The notes under the pieces: generated by a model
Seen by the model: the letters and a program-made list of their open reading frames with translations, nothing else
What the model was told of the DNA's origin: nothing
Database searches by the model: none
Shown here: in pieces, positions 36,093-49,658 of the stretch
Position numbering within the stretch: the stretch's first letter is position 1
Layout: the number at the start of each line of letters is the position of its first letter
Source: Felis catus
Taxonomy: Eukaryota
Direction of reading: 5' to 3'
Length of the DNA stretch: 64,000 nt
NCBI RefSeq assembly: GCF_018350175.1
Contig: NC_058368.1
Coordinates: forward strand, 8,990,001-9,054,000
Made by a program: the position numbers and the translations under genes

Positions 36093-37516
36093 CAGACAGC
36101 CTTTCCTTTTAAAAGGTGAATTTTCAGGAAGAATTTCGAGTCTAGTCAATGGCATGGACCTGAGAACTCTTCTACCAAGTGGTAGTAATGATTCACTTTG
36201 AGGTTTTGACAGCCCCTCCCCCCACCCCGCCTCTTAAGTTTCAGTCATTTCTAATGTCCGATCCAGCTTCCAAATGCTGTCCTTCTGTGATAGACCTGAC
36301 CTTGTCTCTGAGCCCAGGGCAGCAAATGAACGCAACAGAATATTATTCAGCAGGGCTGCAATTATGAGAATACATAGCCCTGGCAAAGGTTCAGAGAAGA
36401 AGCGTTCTCGTGTACTGCCACTAGGTGCGTGCATTGCTACAATTTGTTTTGCACAGCAGTGAGACAATATCTGGTACACTGGATAACTCACACGTCCCTA
36501 ATCTCGAAGAAGCAGGGCACCGACGGAAGCAAGCAGAAAGCAACTCGTTTCTCTCTCCTCAATGGCCCTTCAAGCCTCTGGTGTGATTCTTTTTCCTCCT
36601 CCCTGGCTAAATTTGCAGGCATACCTTTTTCCGTCCCTTGCAAAAAAAAAAAGTCTCTGGTCGCTTTTATTCACAACGTTTAAAACGTTCAGTCCTGTGT
36701 AAAAGTCAAAATTCTGGATTTTGCGTGAAGCTTCTCCCTGCGCCAGGCAGGCGCGGCAGAGGGAGAGGAGGGGCCGGCGGGCCGCTAGTCTTCTTCCTGC
36801 CCGCCTCCACCCCTGGCCCAGGCTGGAGGTAGGGAAGGGGAGGTAAGGATGAGGAGGCCAGGCAAGGCGTTGCTTGTCTGCTACTTGCTGTTAAAAAGTG
36901 GGGGAGGTGAGGGGGATGCTCTTTGGGCTTGGTAGATCCTTAGAGGCGATGTTTCTCTTCCCATGGAGCACTTTCCTGGAGGTTTGGCCACTAGGAACCC
37001 CCAACTGCTACTTCTGCGATGTGCGGAGTGCCACCTGCGTGGGCCACTTTAAGTATCCTCCTCTGCCTGGGCAGTGTCTTCCACATTTACTCCGTGTTCG
37101 TAGATGCCCATCGCTCCCCCAGGCGCCTCTCTGAGCAGGATTCAAACTTTCCCGAGGCTCCCCCTGTCCTGCACGTGCCGCATCTAGTCCACGGGAAACA
37201 CCCACACTCTCTTGTCTCCGCTGACGGTGGAAGGGAGGCGCAGGGCAGAGGCAACTTACTACTTTGCTGTCTCAGGCGACTGCCGTCAGCCTCTTGACTG
37301 CAGAGTCCGAAACCAGCTCATCATGACCTCATATTCCAAGGGACACATACGGAGTTCTCATGGTGGTCCCCTGAAACCCCTCACTAGCTTGAGGTGGGGG
37401 AGACACATCCTGCAGTGTTCCCCTTGGGGTGACAAGAAGGATAGTGCCACAGCTGTCCAAGAACGCTCTGCACAGAAAGTGTCTCTCAGCCCGGCTTCTT
37501 CTATCCCCACTCCTGA

Positions 37517-37709
37517 CTTTTTTTTTTTTTCCCAGAGATAGCACAAATGGGGAAGGGGCAGAATGAGAGGGAGACAGAGAATCCCAAGCTGGCTCCACAC
37601 TGTCAGCACGGAGCCTGATGCTGGGCTCGAACTCACAAAACTGCGAGATCATGACCTGAGCTGACACCAAGAGTTGGATGCTTAACCAGCTGAGCCACCC
37701 AGGTGCCCC
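37517..37709 (-). mobile_element. Can-SINE
   Basis: Typical structure. Confidence 0.93.
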
Positions 37710-38077
37710 ATCACTCTTGACTCTTAAGTGAGTGTTGGCCAAAAGAATTTGACCACCACCTTTGCAATTCCTGTGCATACATTGGTAGGACCTCTGTGAA
37801 ATATGAAAAGGCCCACCATCTCTTTTTCTCAGACTCTTGGGGCCTCTGGTTAAAATCGAGTCCTGTGTTGCCTCTTGTCAATTGACATCCCCTTTGACTT
37901 AGCCCTTTTAGGGAATCTAGTCTATAGAAATAGAAGTACTGATGTACAAAGATATTTACAAGGGCAGCGTTTATAGTGGAAAAAAGAGAAAGAGGGAGGG
38001 AGGGAGGAAAAGGAAAGAAAACTTCACCTCCGTCTGTAAAGGAATGGGGAAATGCTTGATTGAATCCAGTATGTTTA

Positions 38078-38305
38078 GGGCACTTGGGTGGCTCAGTCAG
38101 TTAAGCATCCGACTCTTGATTTGGGCTCAGGTCATGATCTCATGGTCGTGCGATTGAGCCCCATGTGGAGCCTGCTTAAGATTCTCTCTCTCCCTCTCTC
38201 TCTGCCCCTCTCCCGCTCAAGTGTGCATGCACATTCTCCCTCTCTCTCTCTCTCCCCCCATCTCTCTCTCTCCCCCTCCCTGTCTCCCCCCCGTCAGAAA
38301 AAAAA
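38078..38305 (+). mobile_element. Can-SINE
   Basis: Typical structure. Confidence 0.92.
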
Positions 38306-39124
38306 ATCACAATATGTTTGTTTAATGGAATATTATATATCCATTAAAAATAATGAGTTATACTCTCAGTTATCTGAAGGGATATATATTCTCTATTATT
38401 TGTGGGGAATAAAGGAGGTTTCAGAATGATGTATATAGTATGTTTCGTTTTTGAAGAAACAGTAGTCATTTGTATATGTCTGTGTGAGTGTAGAGGAGGG
38501 TGGAGAAGGGCAAATAAAGTATTAAGAATGGCCACCTTAGTGGGTGATAATGACAGCAAGAAGGGGGGAGCGTCATCATTTTGAAAATATGTTGTTAAAT
38601 TGTTTTGCATATTATGCAAGCATATATAATCTGGTCATTAAAGAGTGATGTTATAAAGAAAAATTAGGGGAAGAGAACTGAAATATGAAGCACAAACTAT
38701 AAGAAGAAGGCACCCAGAAAACGTTATGGGTTCTAAAAAATCTTCCAGGAAGAGATAATTCCCATGTTATAAAAGCGATAGCAGAGCATAGGAAAAATGG
38801 AAACCTTCCGATTTAATTTTTGGACGCTAGATTTACCAAGATAACAAAACTGAAAAAGAAAATTGGGCTGATTATTCATGCAAAAATCTGAAACATTTGC
38901 AAATTGAATCGGTATATTGGAAGGATAAGGCAAGGTGATCGAGTTGAATTATCCTGGTAACAGAAGGTAGCTTAACAGGAGAAAATCTGTTAATATAATT
39001 CACAACCTTAACAGATGAACGGAAGAAATTATAGGTACTGAAAAATAATTTGATAAAATGCAGCAGTAATACCTATTAGGAAAAAAAAAAAAAAGCTTGT
39101 TAGTAAATTAGGAATGTAAGGATC

Positions 39125-39510
39125 TTGCCAGCAGGTGATCCCATCGTGCTGCCCTATTCCTTGTGCCCTGAAGTCCAGTCTTCACTCATCTGTGTAGACA
39201 GGACAAGCACTTCCTCTCCTTGGCTGCATCCTCTGCTCCCATGCTGAGACTGACTAGCAGGAACCTCAGCAAGACTGAGGGGAGGAGAGGAGTGAGTTCA
39301 AGGTATCTGTTCCTCAGTCTCCATCCCCCCCAGGTCACTGGAACTGTCACTGTGCCTCTCAGGGCAGTGGACTCCCCAGGACTCTTTGGGTTCCCATAAT
39401 TGCTCCCTCCACTGTTTTTTGACTGACTTTGAGTTGCTGAACGTGCCTCTCTCCTAAGCCCTGGGTAGGTACATTTCTCTTTGCGGTACTGTGGCACCCA
39501 AATCTTTGTA
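39125..39510 (+). mobile_element. ERVL LTR (LTR33-like)
   Basis: GGAGGAGAGGAGTGAG..GGTATCTGTTCC..GGGTTCC..GCTCCCTCC similarity. Confidence 0.45.
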
Positions 39511-39513
39511 AAT

Positions 39514-40960
39514 ACAGATTCTCTTTATTCGCGGTTCTATAAAGTCACCAAGAACACTGAATTAGGGAATACTGAACCGTTGCTCCTAGGGGAAGGACAG
39601 GGTTAGTTTCCAGGAAGACTTTGCTCACAACATTTTTGTCAACTGGTCAACACAGAACCGTGTTTTAACCTGTGTTTTCTGTTTAAAGGCACCTTATTGA
39701 ATATATGCCATTGATGCGCGAACGTTGAACTCAGGGCCAGCAGCACTATAACGTGTGCCTGAATGAAGCTTATCTCACGCACAGATTTTCTCTATAAGGC
39801 ACGTTGCAGCTATTGTGGGTTTCAGAACACCAGACAGCACTTCAGCACTGTGCTTGGGGGCCATTTTAAACAGCAAAATTGTCGACAAAAGTACCAAAAT
39901 ACAAAAAAGGTGTCGCCGTCACTCATCATCAGGGAAATACATATCAAAACCACACTGAGATGCCACCTCACACTGGTCAGAGTGGCTAAAATGAACAACT
40001 CAGGAAACAACAGATGTTGGCGAGGATGTGGAGGAACGGGAACCCTCTTGCGCTGTTGGTGGGAATGCAAACTGGTGCAGCCGCTCTGGAAAACAACGTG
40101 GAGGTTCCTCCAAAACTTAAAAATAGATCTACCCTATGACCCAGCAATAGCACTGCTAGGCATTTACCCAAGGGATACCCAAGAGTGCTGATGCAGAGGG
40201 GCACATGTACCCCAATATTTATAGCAGCACTTTCAACAATAGCCAAATTATGGAAAGAGCCAAAATGTCCATCAACTGATGAATGGATAAAGAAGATGTG
40301 GTTTATATATACAATGGAATACTACCTGGAGAAAGAATGAAATCCTGCCATTTGCAGCGACGTGGATGGAACTGGAGAGTATTATGCTAGGTGAAATAAG
40401 TCAGTCAGAGAAGGACAGATATCATATCATACAAGTTTTCACTCATATGTGGATCTTGAGAAACTTAACAGAAGACCATGGGGGAAGGGAAGGAAAAAAA
40501 ATATTTACAGAGAGGGAGGTGAACCATAAGAGACTCTCAAATACAGAGAACGAACTGAGGGTTGACGAGAGGTGGGAGAGAGGGGGGAAATGGGCAATGG
40601 GCATTGAGGGGGGCACTTGTTGGGATGAGCACTGGGTGTTGCATGTAAGCGATGAATCACAGGAATCTACCCCCAAAACCAAGAGCACACTTCACACACT
40701 GTACGTTAGCCAATTTGACAATAAATTATATTTAAAAAAAAAAAGATGTCATTTGTTTGCAGTATGAGAGCTGAAACAAGAATGCAGTGTGGCCTTGCCA
40801 GCTTCCGCTGGAAGGGTGCGCGTCAGTTACAAATTTTTTTGCCCCTCTACACGTGTGTAGACGTGCAAAAGCTCCACAAGTATTGATTTTCGGGTTACAA
40901 ATACATTTTAACAAGCAGGCGAATTTGCAGATATGACTCATGAACAATGAGGATTGACTC
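39514..40960 (-). mobile_element. MER82-like Tigger element split by an L1 insertion
   Basis: GAACACTGAATTAG.GAATACTGAACC.TTGCTCCTAGGGGAA on the left; AGTATTGATTT..GGGTTACAAATA..AATGAGGATTGACT on the right. Confidence 0.75.
39915..40738 (+). mobile_element. Feline/carnivore L1, 5'-truncated (ORF2 C-terminus plus 3' UTR)
   Basis: [77 protein letters not shown](G/A)TGTC. Confidence 0.95.
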
Positions 40961-41049
40961 TAGTCCCTTTATAAACAAATCCTTCTCAGATTATGATACT
41001 TCAAAATGCCATGGGTTTCTTACTGGAAGTCTGATTTTATAGATGTATA

Positions 41050-42735
41050 TGCCAGAGATCTCCTGCAAATGCCACATCAGATGATGAAAAATTAGAAGTA
41101 TTCCTATTAAAAGAACAAGGAAAGGCTGCTATGGCATTCACTGTGCTAGAAATCTTCAGCCAGTGTGATAAGAAAACGAAATAAGATATAATATTGGGCA
41201 GGAAAGACAAAAAATGTCTTTGACATAGGATGACATGATTATCCACCCATAAAATCCAAGCGATTACACTGAAACCTATTTGACCAATAGAAGTGTATCA
41301 GTGTGGCCGGGTGTAAAATCGACATATCAAAAGTAATAGCTTCCCTGTATGCTAACGCAAAGCAATTAGAAAATGTAATTGAAAAAAAAAAAAAAACAAA
41401 AAACAATTCCATTCACGAAGGCAACAAAGCCTCTACAATTCCTAGGAATAAACCCAACAAGCAAAATGTAACACTTGTGAGAACAGAAAATAAAACGTGT
41501 TAAAGAACAAAGAAGAGCATCAGGTTCCTAGTTTGCATGACTCCATATATTTTAAATGTCACTTGTCCCCAAAGTAATCTGTACATTCATTGCAATACGA
41601 GCCAAAGCCCCTACTTCCACAGCCCAAATCTTCCAACCCATGTCAAATGTTTTCAAAAATTCATTAGGAGCAGCGTATGCACCAGACCAGCAAAAGGACA
41701 CTAATGAGGGCATCAAAGTACATTATAGTTCTAGTCACTCTTAGAATATGACATAAAGGGAATAATAGATCCCTTAAATACACAGTTCAGAAAATGGAGT
41801 CCAGAAATAGGCCTATGTACATATAGGCATTGTGTAAATGACAAAGGTGATCCTTTGAACCACTAAGTAAAAAATTCAGTGAATGATTTTAGAAAATAAA
41901 TGGTGCCAAAGGAATTTACAACATACATAACAAAAGACAAGGCATAAATATACAGACTAAGTAATCCCTACACATCAGTGAGAGAAAGCACCAAAGAAAA
42001 GTGGGCAGTGGGCAAAGAATGTGAAAAGGCAATTGAGAGAAAAACATCCAAATGGCCAACCACTCAATGACAAGATCCTCAATTTCAACAGCAATCAGGG
42101 AAATGAAAATCAAACAGGAATGAGCTATCATTTCCAACCATCAGTCTGGAAAAAATTGAAGAGACTGATAATAGCAAGTGTTAATGAGGAAGTGGGCAAA
42201 TGGTTATTTTCCTGCCTCGCGGATGGTTCAGCTCTCTTGGAGAACAACATGGCAGTAGGAGATAAAATGTTAATGTGCACACCGTATGATCCCAGAATGC
42301 ATCTCTAGCTATCTAATATAAAGAAATACTCTCACGTAAGCTCAAAGAGATATTGATTGTTATAGTACAAAAATCAGAAACGTCTATTAGAAGTAGTATC
42401 ATTAAATCATCTGTTATACTCTTAATACTGTGGGTCAATGTGGCCGTTTAAAAAAAAAAAACGGGATGAATATACACCAGCATTAAAATATCTCTGGTGT
42501 AGACTGTCAAATGAAAAAAGCGTATTGGTGAAAATAGGTGCCATCCTATGTAGTATGTGTTAAATCAAAAATCCACACAAATTCTTTCTATTTTTATCTA
42601 TGTATTATGTAAACCTATAGAAAAATAATTGTAAGCATACACATCAAATTAATGAGCAGATGTCACCTCTGTAGAGGTAAATGAGATTGGAACGTGGTCA
42701 TCCAGGAGACTTTTGCTTTATTTTCAATGTGTTCT
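41050..42735 (+). mobile_element. Highly degraded old L1 (L1ME-like) ORF2 and 3' UTR
   Basis: Scattered L1 motifs (GATGACATGATT, CCAGAAATAG, CAAATGGCCAA, TATGATCCCAG). Confidence 0.6.
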
Positions 42736-42739
42736 TAAT

Positions 42740-43358
42740 TTTTAAAGTTTAGTCGTGGTTAAAAAAAAAATAAAATTAATCATCTTCACCATTTTCTTTT
42801 TTTTTTTTTTTAATTTTTTTTTCAATGTTTTTTATTTATTTTTGGGACAGAGAGAGACAGAGCATGAACGGGGGAGGGGCAGAGAGAGAGGGAGACACAG
42901 AATCGGAAACAGGCTCCAGGCTCTGAGCCATCAGCCCAGAGCCTGACACGGGGCTCGAACTCACGGACCGTGAGATCATGACCTGGCTGAAGTCGGACGC
43001 TTAACCGACTGCGCCACCCAGGCGCCCCTCATCTTCACCATTTTCAAGTATACAGTTCAGGAGCGCCGAATATACTCCCATTGTCGTGCAACAGATCTCC
43101 AGAAGTTTTTCACCTTGCAAAGTAGAAACTCTGTCCCTATTAAACACCCAACTCCCCACTTCGCCTCCTCCCAGCTCCTGCCCATCACCATTCTACTTTC
43201 TGTTACTATGAATTTGACTACTTTAGATACTTCGTTTCAGAGAAATCACTGAGTATTTGTCTTTTTGTGATTGGTTTATTTCACTTAGCATGTCTTCAAG
43301 GTTCATCCATGTTATAGCACGCGTCAGAATTTCCTTCCTTTTTAAGGCTGAATAATAT

Positions 43359-43401
<43 letters not shown>

Positions 43402-43607
43402 AAACCACATTTCATTTATTCCTTTATTCATAGTTGGATGCTTGGGTTGCTTCTGTCTTTTGGCCATGGTGAATAGTGCTGCTATGAACATGGATGTGTG
43501 AATATCTCTTTGAGACCCTGTTCTCCTTTCCGTTGAATCTATTCCAGAAGTGGGATTGATGGACCATTTGGTAGGTGTTTTCAATTTTTTGAGGAACCAC
43601 CTTATGG
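42740..43607 (-). mobile_element. L1MB-like 3' end containing a SINE and (GT)n (43361-43398)
   Basis: TTTATTTCACTTAGCAT.TCTTCAAGGTTCATCCATGTT..TTCCTTCCTTTTTAAGGCTGAATAATATTC. Confidence 0.88.
42797..43028 (-). mobile_element. Young SINEC_Fc
   Basis: Perfect TSD TCATCTTCACCATTTTC. Confidence 0.97.
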
Positions 43608-43732
43608 TTCTTGTTATATTTTTATCACCTAAATATCTCACAACAAGAATATATTTCTGTGTATTTTATGTAATTAAAGGTAAAGCAAAAAATTAGTTTA
43701 GGCAAGCTTAGTTCAAAGGACTTCAAGCACCA

Positions 43733-44180
43733 GGTGCCTGGGTGCCCGGGGTGCCTGGGTGGCTGTCTGTTAAGCGTCCGACTTCGCTCAGGTCATGATC
43801 TCACAGATCTTGAATTTGAGCCCTGCATCGGGCTCCGCCGCTGACAGCTCAGAGCTGAGGCCTGGTTCGGATTCTGTGTCTCCCTCTGTCTCTACCCCTC
43901 CCTGCTTGTGCTTTGTGTCTCACTCGTTCAAAAATACACATTAAATGGGGCACCTGGGTGGCTCAGTTGGTTAAGCGGCTGACTTCGGGTCAGGTCATGA
44001 TCTCGCGGTCCGTGAGTTCGAGCCCCGCATCGGGCTCTGTGCTGACCGCTCAGAGCCTGGAGCCTGTTTCAGATTCTGTGTCTCCCTCTCTCTGACCCTC
44101 CCCCGTTCACGCTCTGTCTCTCTCTGTCTCAAAAATAAATAAACGTTAAAAAAAATAAAAATAAACATTAAAGAAAAAAA
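43733..44180 (+). mobile_element. Two tandem Can-SINEs (about 43733-43943 and 43947-44180)
   Basis: Two consecutive heads, bodies and tails. Confidence 0.93.
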
Positions 44181-44359
44181 GGACATCATGCACCAAGTAA
44201 ATAGTGGTTTTGATGACGGCTAGGCATGGGCGGACTTGGCAGTCCCCAGCCTACCAAAAGGCCTGTGAATGAAAGATGTTGAAAACTATGAATCTAGCAT
44301 TTAATTAGCATTACAGATTGTTTTATTGTTCATAAATATCCACTAGCTTGCCTTGGGGA

Positions 44360-44640
44360 GGCTTATGCTGGCATGGCCACCTGGCTTGGTCTGGCCAATG
44401 AAACATGAGCAAAAGTGCAGAGAGCCGATGCATGGTATTCCATGTCCTGTTTGCCCTCTGCTGTGATAACTAGCAATGTCCCAAGAAGAGGTTGCAATGG
44501 CAATTGAGATCCCAAAGGGAGGACGTATGCAGGAGAGCGACAGCCAACCTTTGATGCACATGAAGCATGAGTGACAGATAAATCTTGGGGGTTGAAAATG
44601 ATTAGATTTATTCTTGAGGCCACAGGACAGTGTGGCCTGT
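44360..44640 (+). mobile_element. MLT1J-like LTR fragment
   Basis: TGGCCAATGAAA..GAGCAAAAGTG..ACATGAAGCATGAGTGA..ATAAA. Confidence 0.55.
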
Positions 44641-45879
44641 CTGTCTCATGCAAGATGTTTATGTAAACCCCTTCATCTCCGTGAGCGCTGTGGACTCCGA
44701 GTGGGAGTCTGTAAACTTGAGGCCTCTTCCCTGGCAGCCTTTGGTCCTCTTCTGAAGATACGCGGGCACTGCTGCAGTGCCGTGGAAAATGCCAACACCA
44801 AGTACCCACGTTGTATTTCAGGGAAGCGGCCATGCAGCCCAGGATGCGGGACCTCACAGATCATGCAGAGCCCTGTTCGCCCGCAAGAGATGGAAGGTGT
44901 AGCCCTGATCACTGCCTGGAGCCCAGATATAATTAGGACTAGGTTTAGATGCAGTGCGAATAAACCAAAAGAGGGTGCACCCACTCCGTTCCATCGAAAA
45001 CCCTATTATGTTGAAGTAGAGGAGTAACACGTCCGTCTCATGAGTTATCTTGCCAAGTGCAGCTTTGAGAGACTTTACCAAAGCGTGAGCCATGAATCTG
45101 CTGGTCACGGGGATCCATCAACCCATTGCCTTTGGAGCGATGGCAAATGTAGGATATTGTAACTGCGTCCTGAGTACCGTGTCTCAACTGGGAAAGGACA
45201 GTCCGCTTCCTTCTGATGGGATCACACTTCCCTGCTTTGCTGGCAGGGTTGTGCCTCGCTGGCACTAGTCCAACTCACGTTGAAGGTGACACCGGGTCCT
45301 GAGCTTAACTTCGTTCTGTGGAGATAGCTAAAAAATGTCCTTTAGATCGGTTAGTTGCCTCAGTGTCTTTTTTAACAAAAAAAGTTCTGACAGATGGTTA
45401 TGTAAGACAAGTATTTTAGACAAGCCATGGCAGAAGAAAACTGAATCATTACAAGAATTAATCATTACTGGCCAAAAAAGAGCCTGATGTTAACTCCATG
45501 AAAGCAGCTATTAAATCAAGGGCATTGGATTCTTCCAGCTAATTTTCTCATTCTCTGGCCTATCCCCAGTTGGCTTGAAATGCTAACACAATCACTGAGA
45601 AATTGATGGCAAATCCAAACATAGTACAAATCCACAGAACGTCAGGGTTTCTGACATTCTTTGAAACAGTCTTTTTAAGCACGTGTCAATCCTCAAACCT
45701 CAGTAAAAGTATCCTAAGAATTTTACTGTCTCTAAGAAGACACATGATGTCAAAGATGAGGCCTACTCAAACGAATGTTTTCTCTTGACCTTCCTGTATG
45801 TAATGTTGCAAGTTTCCCAAGGTGCGGCATTAATTAGCTTTTTCTTAATTAGTATCTTTCAGTCTTATAAGTCAAGAGC

Positions 45880-46060
45880 ATGCGGGCTGAAGCATGGTAC
45901 ACTGGGGGCTAGGAATTCAGAATTCTACCTCTGACTTCACCACTGACTAACAGGATCTTGGGCAAGTCAGAGCATCTCTGGCCTCACTTTTTGTCTATAA
46001 AATGAGGGTAAAATAATTATGGCTCATTCATATTATCTGATTTGTTAGGACAAATGTCAT
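45880..46060 (+). mobile_element. MIR
   Basis: CTTGGGCAAGTCA..CTCTGGCCTCA..CTATAAAATGAGG. Confidence 0.7.
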
Positions 46061-47864
46061 GACCACATCAGCATAAAATTTGGATGAGACTGACACTAAG
46101 AAGGTACACTTAATCAGGATCAAGATCAGGACCAGATACACTTCATCAGGAAGGTGAAGGGAGAGGGTGATCACAGCAGGACCTCACTGCCGTGTCTGGA
46201 AGGGCTTCCCCAGCGTGCAGGGGGCAGGGGCAGAGACTGGGGGCAGGACCACCCTTCGTAACGGCTATTTGACATTGTAGTATATTTGGCTCTATTTAAG
46301 TTAACTTTTACTAAGTTATAATACATAACACATTATGTATTAACACAAAATGCTTATATATGCTCTATATTATGATCCCAAGAAAGGAAGAGAGAGAGAA
46401 ACTTGATGTTTCAGTTACTCTCAATTGATTTTTTTTTTTTTTTGTCTTTTTAATTTTCCAAGTTAGAGGAACTCTGGATGGTGTTAAGGAAAGAGATTCA
46501 AATCAGATGGAGCTAATTCTGGTATTTTGATCAGTGAACCATTTCCATTCCCTACTCTGGCTCCACGATGGATACATGAGGCAGACCCAGTGAGCACCTC
46601 TCTTTAATTATGGGAACCTAAGAGGGATCATTCTGGTAGGGGTATGCCATCCCTTCACATCTAGACCTTTTCAAATTGACATGAAAGCCGATGCTGCTAA
46701 TTGGCAGAGCACTAGGTATTTTCAGAGACAATGTATGTGTCACGTCCTGGGTACAATTATAAAATCGAGGGGAACTCCAAGCCTTATCACCAGGCACTAA
46801 CATACAGGTAGATCAATATAGTTAGCATTATTTAAATTGTATTTCTTTCAGGAAAACAAATAACAACAATAACTGGAAATAATAACGTGCCCCCCCCCAA
46901 AAGCAGGGGGTTAGAATGATCAAAAACAGAATCTTTGCCGTTAGGAAAAGTTCAGCTCGTGTTTCCTATTTATAGGCAATCTTTGCAAGCATTCTTTAGT
47001 CTCTTTATGTAAAATCAACTTGGGCTTCATCAGATCTGCTGAAAGAACAAGATGAAAAACACCTGTAACCCCCAGCAAGTGATCCAGAGGGGACAGATTC
47101 TTTAATTGCGTCATTAATTTCCAAAGGCATATCCATCACACTTGAGCTCGCAGAATGGAAAATAAATATATTGGAGAAAACCCAATTTCAAGTGCTAATA
47201 AAAAGAGGACACAAAAGGTTTCATTCACCAGCAATCTCTATTTCCTCTGATTTACAGTTTTCAGAAAGCAACAGTGTCATTCAGCTGCAGGGTCACAGAG
47301 CCGCCTTCCGGTAGAATGCTGATCTGATGGCCTGCCCCGACGTACACGCAAAATGAGTGGCTGACAGCCAATTCTTCATTACCAGGGGGCACAGCGGACA
47401 CAGGGTCGTGGAGAACGTGTTCACAGGGAGCCGGCCGGTCATTGCATAAGGGGCTGCTGCCCCCAGAGTTTGTTGCTGACTTTGATTCGGGCATCCTCTC
47501 AACGAATACCTTCTTGCCAAAGGAAGAGAGCATTATGCAGATAACACAAAATGGTTTAAAAAAAAAAAAAAAGCCCAAGGCTTTCCTCAAATCCCTTCTC
47601 TCTGTTTCCTGAGAGGCATTTTCTGGAATTCCCATCTGGAAAACTTAGGGCAACTCCAACATCAGTTACTGTGTCGGTCACAGAATGATGAGTAGTTCTC
47701 GATTCTCTTGGAATGGTTGAGTAGAAATGACAAGGGAGGGGCGGGTGGGGGGCACTTTATTGTATTAGCAATGTTTGATTTCGTAGGTGAGGAGGACATG
47801 AGTGTCCTTGTATTGTTCTTTATCCCTTTTTTTTTAACATATCCCAACTATCACATGGTATATA

Positions 47865-47928
47865 TTTTTTAAGTTTATTTAATTTTAAACTTTATTTTTT
47901 ATTTTTTATTAAACATTTATTCATTTTT

Positions 47929-47967
<39 letters not shown>

Positions 47968-48133
47968 CGCGAGCCAGAGAGGGGAAAAGAGAACAGGAGA
48001 CACAGAGTCCGAAGCAGGCTCCAGGCCCCGAGCTGTCAGCACAGAGCTCGGTGAGGGGCTCGAACTCACAAACCATGAGATCAAGACCTGAGCCAAAGTC
48101 GGATTCTTAACCGACTGAGCCACCCAGGTGCAC
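47865..48133 (-). mobile_element. Can-SINE with (GA)n
   Basis: Typical structure. Confidence 0.94.
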
Positions 48134-49152
48134 CTGCCTAGTATGTTATTTTTAAGAAAAGTGCACTCACACACGAGGACTTGGGGAACTAATTCGATCC
48201 TCTTATGTAATCTATGTCTGTGTACCCTTTGATTGTTCCAGCAAGAGTTATTTCGTGCAATTAAAATTTTCTCCACTCATCAAACATTTCTTGCTATTTT
48301 AAAAATTGTAAAGACATACACAGAAGCAAATAGCAAAGACAAAGCAGTGGTTCCTCTTGGGCCCCTGTTCTAGCTTCACTCCCCTCTCCGAAGATACCCG
48401 CTCTCTCTGGTTCAGTGTATATCCTTCCAGACCATACTCTATATCTATATATACATGTATTTACACATATATGAATATAACATAATGTAAATATAGTGTC
48501 AGTTTTCACCTATGCATCTTTCTTGGGCATTGATCATTTAAGGTCAGCAAGAAGAAAGAACTCTTGGCCTGGGTTACAAGGCCAAGGAGTGACTGAAAGG
48601 AAAACTTGAATAAGAGAAGGACAGCTATGATCTTAGTGGTTAAACCTGCCCTAGACTGTGTGCCCAGACACTTGTCCGGGACATTCAAAGTGAGGGAACA
48701 GAGGAGCAACGGTCCCAAGCTGGGGTCGTTAGAACCTTTTCAGTCAGTTGTGCCTGGAGAACCAGGATGTCCCTTGGCTCAAGGGCTGGTGGCTGAGAGG
48801 TGGACCCTGAATGACCTGGCACACATAGGTCAAAGCTGAGCAAAGAAGCCAGTTTTATGACCGAAGCTGCCTCCAGAGATGCTATGCTTGTGAATAGTTT
48901 ATAATTGAGATGAAGTAGCTTCTCCTAAGAGTCAAGAATGGGGTGAGTCACTGCTGAGGGAAAGCGTGGGTCACAGAGGAAGAACAAGGCCATGGTCCTA
49001 TAGTCCAGCCTAAAGAGGGGTCTCCTTTTATCTCATGGGTAGTACTGGGAGATATAAGTCAACTAAGTGATAAATCTAAGTCAAATAAATAAGTATATTA
49101 TCTTGGGGCCTCTGCCATTTTGTTGCTACTTTGGGGGAAAACCTCTTTTCCC

Positions 49153-49376
49153 TTTTTTAAAAAAATTTTTTTAATGTTTGTTTTTGAGAGAGAGACAGAG
49201 TATGAGCAGGGGAGGGGCAGAGACAGAGACAGAGAGGGAGACACAGAATCCGAAGCAGGCTCCAGGCTCCGAGCTGTCAGCACAGTGCCCGACGCGGGGC
49301 TCGAACTCACAAACCGCGAGATCACGACCTGAGCCGAAGTCGGACGCGTAACCGACTGAGCCACCCAGCTGCCCCC
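49153..49376 (-). mobile_element. Can-SINE
   Basis: TSD about AAAC(C)TCTTTTCCCTTT. Confidence 0.95.
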
Positions 49377-49623
49377 AAACTCTTTTCCCTTTGACTCCAC
49401 GGGCATGGGACTCTTCTGACGTAAAGTGAGACTTGCCCCCCGTGACAGGAGACCTGTAAACACATACCGTGTGCACATGGTGAGCACAGAGCCAGGTGCC
49501 CTATCTGTTGGGACTTCCAGGTTCTTTGTGCATGTGTGTGCTTCCTCACTCTTCCTCACACCTTTCTCTTCCTCCTTTCGGGATGTAAAACAGAATCCCT
49601 TGGCGTATTTTATTTTCTCGTAC

Positions 49624-49658
<35 letters not shown>

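Noticed and set aside
47375..47470. CTCF-like motifs (ACCAGGGGGCAC; CTGGGGGCAGCA), also GCAGGGGGCGCT at about 33822
   Set aside because: Each lacks the conserved 5' CC positions of the CTCF core; not supportable without a scan or ChIP data.
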